NCBI GenBank assembly: GCA_024680795.1
Contig: JAILBR010000062.1
Span: forward strand, 44,825-108,824
Length of the DNA stretch: 64,000 bases
DNA from: Bacilli bacterium
GTDB taxonomy: Bacteria; Bacillota_I; Bacilli_A; RFN20; CAG-826
Direction of reading: 5' to 3'
This document shows positions 45,991-54,404 of the stretch, piece by piece. Below the pieces are notes generated by a model, which saw only the letters and a program-made list of their open reading frames with translations, ran no database searches and was not told the DNA's origin. Both the position numbers and the translations under genes were made by a program. Position 1 is the stretch's first letter. Each line of letters begins with the position of its first letter.

Positions 45991-47208
45991 ATGTCACGTA
46001 AATTTAAAAGAATTTTTGTAGTTGTTGCTGATTCAGCAGGTATTGGTTATGAACCAGATGCTGATAAGTTTTTTAACGCTGGGGTAAGCGATTGGGGAAC
46101 AAATACATTTGTTCATATCGCCGAAAAGATGCCAAACGGATTAAATATTCCAAATATGAACGCTCTTGGTATTGCGGATTTAGATAATATCAGAGGAACT
46201 CACAAAGTGAGTCACCCACAAAGCTATGTGGCAAGATGTAGAGAAAGAAGTAATGGCAAAGATACGATGACTGGTCACTGGGAGATGATGGGCGTATATA
46301 CCACTGAACCTTTTATGACTTTTACTGATAATGGATTCCCTAAAGAACTCATCGATGAATTAGAAAAAAGAACAGGTCACAAAGTGATTGGTAACTGCGC
46401 TGCTAGTGGAACCGAAATCATCAAAGAACTCGGCGAAGAGCAAATGAGAGACAACTCACTTATCGTTTATACTTCCGCTGATAGTGTCCTTCAAATTGCA
46501 GCTCACGAAGAAAAAACAGGTTTGCAAGAGTTATATAGATGCTGTGAAATTGCTAGAGAAATGTGCATGAAACCTGAATGGATGGTGGGTAGAGTTATTG
46601 CTCGTCCATATTTAGGCGATAATAAAGATAACTTTAAAAGAACAAGTAACCGTCACGACTTAGCACTTAGACCAACTGTACCAACCGTCATGAATTTATT
46701 ACAAGATAACGGTTATATGGTCGACTGTATCGGTAAAATCGGCGATATCTTTGATGGATATGGAGTTGTTAAAACTCAAAAGACTGTCTCTAATGAAGAC
46801 GGCATGGATAAAACCATCGAAGAAACAAAGAACTTTGATTTTGAAGGTTTATGTTTCGTTAATCTTGTCGAATTCGATAGTGAATATGGCCATAGAAGAG
46901 ATCCAATTGGCTATGGAGAATGCTTAGAAAGATTTGACAAACGTGTCGGCGAAATGATGAAAGTGATGAAAGATGATGATTTATTAATCATCACCGCAGA
47001 CCACGGTAATGATCCAACTTGGGCAGGAACTGACCACACTAGAGAAAAAGTGCCTCTAATCATGTATTCTCCAAGTTTTAAAAATGGACGTTATCTAGAA
47101 GAGAGAGAATCTTTTGGTGATATCGGTGCAACTATCGCGGAAAACTTTGGCCTCAAATTATATGATAATTTAATCGGTAAGCCTATCAAGGAACTACTTA
47201 ATGACTAG
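45991..47208 (+). CDS. deoB: Phosphopentomutase
   Basis: '[17 protein letters not shown]' and alkaline-phosphatase-like metal sites. RBS AGGAGAAG before the ATG at 45991. The ORF track start at 45967 lacks an RBS. Confidence 0.9.
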   Translation: MSRKFKRIFVVVADSAGIGYEPDADKFFNAGVSDWGTNTFVHIAEKMPNGLNIPNMNALGIADLDNIRGTHKVSHPQSYVARCRERSNGKDTMTGHWEMMGVYTTEPFMTFTDNGFPKELIDELEKRTGHKVIGNCAASGTEIIKELGEEQMRDNSLIVYTSADSVLQIAAHEEKTGLQELYRCCEIAREMCMKPEWMVGRVIARPYLGDNKDNFKRTSNRHDLALRPTVPTVMNLLQDNGYMVDCIGKIGDIFDGYGVVKTQKTVSNEDGMDKTIEETKNFDFEGLCFVNLVEFDSEYGHRRDPIGYGECLERFDKRVGEMMKVMKDDDLLIITADHGNDPTWAGTDHTREKVPLIMYSPSFKNGRYLEERESFGDIGATIAENFGLKLYDNLIGKPIKELLND

Positions 47209-48526
47209 ATTTGACCTTTCAGAAGAATTAAGAGAAATATACGATAAAGCTATAAAGCTTGCTAGAGACGATAATGAGCATGAACATTATTATGATTTAG
47301 TTAATGGCAAGTTTGTTTCCTTATTGCGTGGAGAAATAGAAGAATATTTAGAACATGTTGGTGAAGGTGGAGAAGATGAATATCTAGATGACATCATTAA
47401 TTCTGGTGATTATATCCGTATCCCAGATTATTATGATGAAGAGAGATTCATTAAAGAATTTGCTTTTGTGGTGGACTATAACCACGCTTTTTATGTGGAA
47501 GCGGATAGTGCACTAATGACCGATTTATATAATTTCATCTATGAAATGCATAAAACTAATCCATATGAGCATTTCGGAAATGGTGATTATATAAAGAATA
47601 GTGTAAAGAAAATTCATAATGAGCTAGATGATTGCTATTGTTTGGTCCTTGGCCACGATCAAAGAGTATTTGGCTTCTCATTTTATTTAGGAGAAGAGGG
47701 CCGCTCATCGATGCGTGCAATGTTAAATGCTGATTTATCAGATCGTAGTAACACAACCTTATTAGCGTTCACACAAAAATGTCTTACTTTCTATATAGAA
47801 AAGCCAGAAAAAGCTGACAAAGAATCAAAAGAATTAACTAGGAAATATCTAGGTGATAAAGCTGATGAAGTCGTTATATCAATGTTAAGATTTGATGGCC
47901 GTTCATCTCAACAAAATGGCATAAGCTTCTCAAATGCATTTTTATATATGCCATATATCGAAGCTTTTATGAATTTCTTTAAAAAATATCAAAGTGACGG
48001 TTATAAATATAAAAGATTTAAACAAGGACAGCATGTTTCATTCACTTTTGATGATGAAAATGACAAAGTTTCTTATAAAAAAGAAATTATGTATGATCCA
48101 TTCTTTGATTTGAGTGATTGTTTCTTAGACAGCGTTCCTTCGATTTATGAAAATAATAGAAAGACAAGTAAGATATATGAATTTAAAGTTCTGACTGCTG
48201 ACGATGTGTTTAATATTGAGAATGGATTTACTTATTTCGCTCCAATTGTTGCTATTCTCAATCATAAAACAGGCAAAATAGTCGCTTTAAACGTGGTCCT
48301 ATCAAGCGAAAAGTATTATGTTGAGGAATTGTTCCAGCCAATCGCTGACGCCATCTTTAAAGAGGGTTTGCCAAAGGAAGTTATCATTGATACTTTTATC
48401 GATGCGATGATTGCAGATCGTTTCTTTGATGGTAGAGTGAAGATAAGTTTTGGCGAGCTAACTCAAATCGACATGATAAAAAAGGACTTAGTAGAAGTCC
48501 CAAGAGATGAAGAATATGATGCCTAA
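47201..48526 (+). CDS. Hypothetical acidic cytoplasmic protein, translationally coupled to deoB (8-nt overlap)
   Basis: 441-aa ORF with no recognisable motifs. It occupies the position of pupG in the Bacillus xerD-deoB-pupG arrangement. Confidence 0.5.
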   Translation: MTRFDLSEELREIYDKAIKLARDDNEHEHYYDLVNGKFVSLLRGEIEEYLEHVGEGGEDEYLDDIINSGDYIRIPDYYDEERFIKEFAFVVDYNHAFYVEADSALMTDLYNFIYEMHKTNPYEHFGNGDYIKNSVKKIHNELDDCYCLVLGHDQRVFGFSFYLGEEGRSSMRAMLNADLSDRSNTTLLAFTQKCLTFYIEKPEKADKESKELTRKYLGDKADEVVISMLRFDGRSSQQNGISFSNAFLYMPYIEAFMNFFKKYQSDGYKYKRFKQGQHVSFTFDDENDKVSYKKEIMYDPFFDLSDCFLDSVPSIYENNRKTSKIYEFKVLTADDVFNIENGFTYFAPIVAILNHKTGKIVALNVVLSSEKYYVEELFQPIADAIFKEGLPKEVIIDTFIDAMIADRFFDGRVKISFGELTQIDMIKKDLVEVPRDEEYDA

Positions 48527-48548
48527 GAGGAATTAATTCCTCTTTTTA
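48524..48548. terminator. Bidirectional terminator overlapping the convergent stop codons
   Basis: Stem agaggaa/ttcctct with loop ttaa, followed by TTTTT. Confidence 0.65.
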
Positions 48549-49334
48549 TTTTGCTTCAATTAAGTCGTTAAGCTTAGTAACTTTTTTGATGATGGCGATA
48601 ATTAAGCTAACGATTAACATCACCACAATAGCGATAAATGCATACGCAAAGGTCGAAACTAAGCCAGTGGTGGAATTAATATAAGCAGATTGAATTGCTC
48701 TTCCTAATCCATAACTAGATGATCCAGAAATAACTTCCGCCATAATTTCAATTTTAAAAGATAAAGCAAAGGAAGAAACTAATCCTAAGGCGATATAAGG
48801 AAATGATAGTGGGAACTTGATTTTAAAGTTTGTGTATAGACGATTGTTACTATCGACCCTTGCCGCTTGTAGTATTTCATCAGGAACATGATTATATCCG
48901 CTTACTGTAGCCTCATAAACCATTGGGAAAACAATAATGGCAACTACATATATTGGAGCATTTCGTAATCCAGCCATCACTAAGAACAAAAATACGATAG
49001 CGGCAGTAGGTATTGCTTTTAAAGCAATCATTGTCGGATTAAAGACATATTTTAGATTTGTATAATTGCCAACTATAACGCCAACGATTATTCCTAAGAT
49101 GCTGGCGATTCCAAAACCGATTAACATTCTTTCTAAAGAACCCCATATACATTTATATATATAAGCATCTCCTAGATAAGAAAAAGCTTCTTGGATGGTT
49201 TCAATAGGAGAAGGGAAAACTGATTGTCTTTGTCCAGCAATAAAATAAATCGCTGTCCAAAGTAAAAAGAAAAAGACAATCCCTAAAATGGATAGCAAGT
49301 ATTTATTAGAGATTATCTTTTTAAATGTCTTCAT
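48546..49334 (-). CDS. ABC transporter permease (NitT/TauT-like binding-protein-dependent family)
   Basis: 262 aa with six TM helices and an EAA-like loop. Start overlaps the upstream substrate-binding-protein stop (ATGA). Confidence 0.7.
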   Translation of the reverse strand: MKTFKKIISNKYLLSILGIVFFFLLWTAIYFIAGQRQSVFPSPIETIQEAFSYLGDAYIYKCIWGSLERMLIGFGIASILGIIVGVIVGNYTNLKYVFNPTMIALKAIPTAAIVFLFLVMAGLRNAPIYVVAIIVFPMVYEATVSGYNHVPDEILQAARVDSNNRLYTNFKIKFPLSFPYIALGLVSSFALSFKIEIMAEVISGSSSYGLGRAIQSAYINSTTGLVSTFAYAFIAIVVMLIVSLIIAIIKKVTKLNDLIEAK

Positions 49335-50290
49335 TATTTCTTTAAGATACCATCATTTTCAATGACTAATCTTGTGTCACTAACAGCTGCAACAGCGGTG
49401 AGATCAAGATTTAAATCACCATATGTTGCTTTAAAGACTTTACCTGGTACATCATTTTCTTGGAAGATGAGAACTTTGTCACCTTCGTTTAAGGTTTTAT
49501 CTTCATCTCTACCAGTAGAAACGATATAGAAATTACCAAAGGTAATTGTTGCTGCAATTTTATAGGCTCTATTTTGTTTAACAATCTTAGTTAAACCACC
49601 TTGTGTAGGCGCAATAATCACATCATATGTATCGGTATCAAACATAGGAATCAAACCTTCTTGTGGGTTAGATGTGGTAGTGAAATTGCTATTTGTAGCA
49701 AAGTTATATAAGGCAATTGAAGGGGCCCCTGTCGGCGCTAAGATCTTTAAATTGCTATATGAGGCTTCTTCGCTAGGAACGCCTGGAGTATAAAATACAT
49801 CATCAGATAATTCTGAAATAGCGTTGTTTGTTAATATTTTAACAAAGGAGGTAATATCACTTTTGATAGTTGACGCTACTTCATATCCTAAGGAGAATCC
49901 GTTATTTGCGGCAGTGACTTTCATAGCCATTGCACCTGGAACACCATATTTATTTTGTTGCTCTTGAACGGATCCAGCTAGTTCGATGCCAGCTTTAATA
50001 GTTGCTGGAACAGCAACACCAGCTGTGATGTCAGCGGCGACTTTAGCTAAAAATGCATTAACACTATCTGCGTCAGCGCCATTCTTAACGAAAATGGAAG
50101 CTTGTGTTAATTTGATTGAATATTTAGTTTTGAAGTCTTCTTGCACGTTTTTAAAGATTTCAGAATTTGTAGCAGCAACAACTGGCTGTGCAGTAAAGAT
50201 ATAGTCGAATTTGATTGAGTTATCTTGGTTACATGCTGCTAAATTTAGTAATAATGGGGCGACCCCAATGAGTAATAATTTCTTGTTCAT
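49334..50290 (-). CDS. Lipoprotein, putative ABC substrate-binding protein
   Basis: Signal peptide with lipobox 'LLLNLAAC'. 318 aa. Cotranscribed with the permease. No ATPase gene is adjacent. Confidence 0.65.
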   Translation of the reverse strand: MNKKLLLIGVAPLLLNLAACNQDNSIKFDYIFTAQPVVAATNSEIFKNVQEDFKTKYSIKLTQASIFVKNGADADSVNAFLAKVAADITAGVAVPATIKAGIELAGSVQEQQNKYGVPGAMAMKVTAANNGFSLGYEVASTIKSDITSFVKILTNNAISELSDDVFYTPGVPSEEASYSNLKILAPTGAPSIALYNFATNSNFTTTSNPQEGLIPMFDTDTYDVIIAPTQGGLTKIVKQNRAYKIAATITFGNFYIVSTGRDEDKTLNEGDKVLIFQENDVPGKVFKATYGDLNLDLTAVAAVSDTRLVIENDGILKK

Positions 50291-50345
50291 TTTTAAGTCC
50301 TCTTTTTTAAGCCTATTTATTTTACTAAATAAGATATATAATAAA

Positions 50346-50361
50346 TGTGATTTAAATCACG
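50346..50361. promoter_or_regulatory. CRP-like palindrome TGTGAtttaaaTCACg between the substrate-binding-protein operon and the crp/fnr-family gene
   Basis: 15 of 16 positions match the consensus TGTGA-N6-TCACA. It ends 3 nt before the regulator ATG and lies about 30 bp upstream of a TAAAAT -10-like hexamer on the minus strand. Confidence 0.45.
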
Positions 50362-50364
50362 AAA

Positions 50365-50949
50365 ATGAATAGATTATTACAAACTCTTACAAAAGAAGAA
50401 ATACAAAACCTGAAAATAGTGGAAGTCAAAAAAGGAGACACTCTATTCTTTGAGGATGAGATTTGTAAGAACGTTGGATTAGTCATCAAGGGAGAAATTA
50501 GAATTGTTTCGTTTTTAGAAGATGGCCGAGAAATCATCTACAACGTTTTAGCAGATGGAGAGATGTTTGGAAATAATTTAATTTTTTCATCTTCCCCAAA
50601 CTATAGAGGCGACGTCATTGCTCAAGAAGATAGTCTATTATATTTATTAAGTAAAGAAGATCTATTGAGTTTACTAAAAACTAATAATGAGTTTCTAGAA
50701 GCCTATCTATGGACACAGGCAGAGTCTGGAAAACAGATGAATTTAAAGATAAAACTATTAACCTTCATTAATGCAGAAGATAGGCTATTATATTATCTAC
50801 AAATTAATCATAGTAAAATCCGCTATAAGTCGATCTCTGATTTAGCTAAGACTTTATATTTATCACGTGAAGTCTTAAGCAGGCTCATACATAAATTAGA
50901 GAAAGATGGCGTCATCTATATTAGAGACAAAACAATCGTAAAATCCTAA
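50365..50949 (+). CDS. Crp/Fnr family transcriptional regulator
   Basis: A cNMP-binding beta-roll (residues 15-95) followed by a C-terminal HTH 'SDLAKTLYLSREVLSRLIHKLEKDGVI'. Confidence 0.8.
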   Translation: MNRLLQTLTKEEIQNLKIVEVKKGDTLFFEDEICKNVGLVIKGEIRIVSFLEDGREIIYNVLADGEMFGNNLIFSSSPNYRGDVIAQEDSLLYLLSKEDLLSLLKTNNEFLEAYLWTQAESGKQMNLKIKLLTFINAEDRLLYYLQINHSKIRYKSISDLAKTLYLSREVLSRLIHKLEKDGVIYIRDKTIVKS

Positions 50950-50972
50950 TTAGTAGATTTTTAGTAGTTTGT

Positions 50973-51003
50973 AAATGTGGATAACTAAGTCCACATTTTT
51001 TGA
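50973..51003 (+). terminator. Rho-independent terminator after the crp/fnr gene
   Basis: Stem aaatgtgga/tccacattt followed by TTTT. Confidence 0.65.
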
Positions 51004-51111
51004 TGTTAATAACTGTATGTTGTTTGTATTTATTATGATTAAATCAAATTAATTATTACTAAAGTTAACATAATGGAAATTATACGAAGTAATTGTATTT
51101 TCACACAATTC

Positions 51112-51146
51112 AATAAAAAATGTGGAAACTGTGAATTTTCCACACT
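51112..51146 (-). terminator. Rho-independent terminator of the minus-strand yqeG-nadD operon
   Basis: Stem tgtggaaa/tttccaca. A U-tract follows on the minus strand (plus-strand aataaaaaa). Confidence 0.6.
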
Positions 51147-51187
51147 CAATATTTTCTTTCCACCAATACCGGTATAATCAGATCAAC

Positions 51188-52288
51188 TTATTTACCTAAA
51201 TAGAACTCCATGCATTCTTTGGTTAACGGATTATCATACTCTATATTATGCTCAATAAAGTATTCTCTATTAGCGCTTAAAACTGATATAAAACCGTAAT
51301 CAATATTAACCTTTATACTGTTAATTAATTCTGACGAATCAAAGCCTCGTGTTGGTTCAATTTTATCTGATGCATAAATCACTTTTGCAACCGCTGACAT
51401 ATTAGCTTTTCCTGTTGTGTGATACTTAATTGCTTCTATTTCTTCAGCATCTTCTAATCCAAAATCTCTCTTTGCGAGGTATTCTCCTAAGAATTGATGA
51501 TGGATTTGTCTTGGCACACCAACATATTCTGGATATAACTCCGCCATAAGTACTTTTTGTTCCATTATTGGCATTTCTTTAGCTATATCATGTAGCAAAC
51601 CAGCTCTTAAATAGCGCCACCAATCTTCTTTCTTATTGCAAACTGCTATATCAGCGGCTAACTTAGCGACCGAAATGCTATGTCTATATCGTTTTTCGCC
51701 CATATAAGACTTGATTTTAGGCATAAAGTATAATTCCTTGTCAATAATATAATCGGCAACGCTACGAGGGATTCTTAAAGACTTTAATTCTCTGATTGAA
51801 GAAGAGTTCTCTTCGATTAAATCTCCTTCGATTTGTTTCATTTTAAAATGATCGATATTTTCTTGATTCAATTCATATCCAGGGCGTGGGAAGAAAATGA
51901 TTGTAGCTAATTTAGCAATTTCTTCGGCTTCTTTCCACTTTTCAAAACTATTCACTTGGTCCGTTCCTATTAATAGGAAAAGGTTATCATTTGGATATAG
52001 ACTTTTGAAATATTTGACTGTTTCAATCGAATAGTTTGTTTCCTTGTTCGATTTAATTTCATAATCAGAGATATGGAAAACATCTTCCTTGCCTGCTTCT
52101 TTTATTGCTAGTTCCACCATTTCTATTTTTTGCTCTGGAGAAGCAATGCTTTCGCTTTTCCACACAGCAATCCTTGCTGGAACAAAAAACACCTCAGCGT
52201 TTAACGCTTTTGAGGCATTAATTGCCATATTCATGTGGCCATTATGTATTGGATCGAATCCACCACCAAAGATTATGATGTTTTTCAT
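51188..52288 (-). CDS. nadD: Nicotinate-nucleotide adenylyltransferase NadD fused to the YqeK HD-domain hydrolase
   Basis: N-terminal 'IIIFGGGFDPIHNGH' (nucleotidyltransferase). The C-terminal half 'RYRHSISVAKLAADIA...GLLHDIAKE' is a YqeK-type HD domain. 366 aa. Confidence 0.8.
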   Translation of the reverse strand: MKNIIIFGGGFDPIHNGHMNMAINASKALNAEVFFVPARIAVWKSESIASPEQKIEMVELAIKEAGKEDVFHISDYEIKSNKETNYSIETVKYFKSLYPNDNLFLLIGTDQVNSFEKWKEAEEIAKLATIIFFPRPGYELNQENIDHFKMKQIEGDLIEENSSSIRELKSLRIPRSVADYIIDKELYFMPKIKSYMGEKRYRHSISVAKLAADIAVCNKKEDWWRYLRAGLLHDIAKEMPIMEQKVLMAELYPEYVGVPRQIHHQFLGEYLAKRDFGLEDAEEIEAIKYHTTGKANMSAVAKVIYASDKIEPTRGFDSSELINSIKVNIDYGFISVLSANREYFIEHNIEYDNPLTKECMEFYLGK

Positions 52289-52581
52289 TATTTTTTCAGT
52301 TTGATTTTTGGGTTTTCTTTATTCTTACGATATAAAACGATAACCTTACCCACTACTTGAACGATTTCAGCGTGTAATCTGCTTGATAAATCAAGGGCGA
52401 GTTCCATAATTGGATCTTCCGCACCACGTTGCACATCTATTTTAATGAGTTCTCTAGCAGTTAAGGCTTTGTCTAACATAGATAAAAGAGAATCGGTTAT
52501 TTCTTTTTTACCAACTTGATACTTTGTATTCTCTTTTGCCGCTAAAGCTTTAAGTTGTTTCTTTTCGTTTTGGGTAAGCAT
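52288..52581 (-). CDS. yhbY: YhbY/YqeI CRS1-type RNA-binding protein
   Basis: 97 aa. 'LTQNEKKQLKALA...ELIKIDVQ' fits the CRS1/YhbY pattern. Position in the yqe operon. Confidence 0.75.
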   Translation of the reverse strand: MLTQNEKKQLKALAAKENTKYQVGKKEITDSLLSMLDKALTARELIKIDVQRGAEDPIMELALDLSSRLHAEIVQVVGKVIVLYRKNKENPKIKLKK

Positions 52582-52582
52582 A

Positions 52583-53719
52583 TTATCTAATTTTCGCTAA
52601 TGATTCTTTTAAGGCTGTTCCTTTGGGAAGAGCAACTCTCACTGTTTGTCCTTTACCTCTCATCGAGAACCAGCAAAGGCCTTCGATGGCAATATCATGT
52701 CTTAAATCATCATCTTCGAGATCGTATTCGAATAAATCGTAATCTTCAAAGGAAGTAAAACGATTACTAATTGGTCTAGTGATATGTTTCAAACGGTTTT
52801 CACGCATAAATGCATCAACCTTAGCCACTGAAACGAGTTTTGTTTCCACTTTTTCAGCTGAGAAAATTCTAACTGATTGGTGATGACCTTTGATGATAGA
52901 TAAATACGCTAAATTACCGATTGCAATTGAAGTTCCTTCACCAATAAATCTTCTAACCATAACGACTTCCTTATGAGGAACAATGATTTTTTGAACTTCT
53001 TTTTCAACTTTAGAAACGACAGATGTATCATTACTTAAATCTGGCAATTCATATAAGAATGATGAATTTGATAGAGGTACTTCAAGAACATTTGTGGTTG
53101 TTCCTGGATAAAACTCTGTCTTGATAGGCCATTTTGTTTTGTTTTCGAAGTTTTTAAGTCTCTTATTAATAAGAGTAGTTTTTCCACTTCCATTATTACC
53201 AATAAGGTAAATATCGTGGCCTTTTCTAAGTTTCTCAATTTTATTGAATAAACCGACTGCGTCAAAACTTGCTTCATTACCCACTAATTCGATTAATACT
53301 GGGTTAATGCCAAGTTCTGAGAATCTCTCATCAAGGAATCTCTTTAACGATTCATCGCTAGCAATTGAAGGGAATAAGTCTTTTTTAGTACCTAAAACAA
53401 CGACGTCAAGTTTCTTAACTTTCTTAACAACATCAGGATTTAATGTACCATTAAACGAGAATAAGTCAACAACCCATATGATTAAAGCATCGGTTGCCAC
53501 TGCATCCTTTAAAATCTTTAAGATTTCTTTATCGACTTCTTGATTTAAGCTACCAGTATTAAGGGTAAGCATTTTTTCATAGCAAGAATTACAATATGGA
53601 ATCTTAGGTGCTCCATTTTCGACAACATTTTTAGAAATGAAACCAGGTAACTTACGATTATCTGATTGTAAGATTGCTCCACAGCTGTGGCAGCGGATAA
53701 CTCTTCTTGCATGTGCCAT
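52583..53719 (-). CDS. yqeH: Ribosome biogenesis GTPase YqeH (circularly permuted)
   Basis: N-terminal zinc-ribbon 'CHSCGAIL...CNSCY' and a G-domain 'GNNGSGKTTLIN'. 378 aa. Confidence 0.85.
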   Translation of the reverse strand: MAHARRVIRCHSCGAILQSDNRKLPGFISKNVVENGAPKIPYCNSCYEKMLTLNTGSLNQEVDKEILKILKDAVATDALIIWVVDLFSFNGTLNPDVVKKVKKLDVVVLGTKKDLFPSIASDESLKRFLDERFSELGINPVLIELVGNEASFDAVGLFNKIEKLRKGHDIYLIGNNGSGKTTLINKRLKNFENKTKWPIKTEFYPGTTTNVLEVPLSNSSFLYELPDLSNDTSVVSKVEKEVQKIIVPHKEVVMVRRFIGEGTSIAIGNLAYLSIIKGHHQSVRIFSAEKVETKLVSVAKVDAFMRENRLKHITRPISNRFTSFEDYDLFEYDLEDDDLRHDIAIEGLCWFSMRGKGQTVRVALPKGTALKESLAKIR

Positions 53720-53720
53720 A

Positions 53721-54278
53721 TTATAATGTCCTCCAATTTCTGAGATTTCCTCTTTTGCGATGATATTTTCTAATCGGCCTGTCTAATAGACGATTGAAAT
53801 GTGTTGTAAATTGATCTTCCTTAACAAGCTTTTCAGTTAGCACTACGCGAATGCCTGCATTTTTACCTGCTGATACATCCGTGATAATTTGATCGCCTAC
53901 TAGCATGACCTCGTCAGGTGTCAGCCCACGCGCTGCAATTTCGCGCTTTATCTTTCGAGCGAACGGCTTGCCTGCGCCATGAACGTACTCAACACCTAAT
54001 GCATTAGCGTATGTGGAGACTCTGGTTCCACGGTTGTTAGAGATGATTACTGGTTTTACTCCAGCGGCTAACAACTTAGCAGCTAACTCCTTAGCTCGTT
54101 CGGATGGTAATTTAGAACGATAACTATCTAACGTGTTATCTAAATCAATGAATAGAACTTTTATTCCAAACTTCTTGTAGAATTCTGGCTCAATTTCATA
54201 TATCGATTGAGCATGAGCGAATGGAATAAAAAACTTAAACATGAAATTACCTTCACTTATTGTAAATGAAAAAGTCAT
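53721..54278 (-). CDS. yqeG: YqeG family HAD-IIIA phosphatase
   Basis: HAD motif I 'FIDLDNTL' and 'VIISNNRG'. 185 aa. Confidence 0.8.
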   Translation of the reverse strand: MTFSFTISEGNFMFKFFIPFAHAQSIYEIEPEFYKKFGIKVLFIDLDNTLDSYRSKLPSERAKELAAKLLAAGVKPVIISNNRGTRVSTYANALGVEYVHGAGKPFARKIKREIAARGLTPDEVMLVGDQIITDVSAGKNAGIRVVLTEKLVKEDQFTTHFNRLLDRPIRKYHRKRGNLRNWRTL

Positions 54279-54324
54279 TTATTAATAGACTTTTAGTGAA
54301 AAATTCATCGGTTTCATTTCTTTT

Positions 54325-54360
54325 AAAAGAAAATAGTAGCCTTTACAAACTACTATTTTA
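54325..54360 (-). terminator. Terminator after parC
   Basis: Stem aatagtag/ctactatt flanked by an A-tract and a T-tract, so it could act in both directions. Confidence 0.55.
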
Positions 54361-54404
54361 TTACTAATTTAATACTAATATTTATATAGTATAACTTTGT
54401 TATA

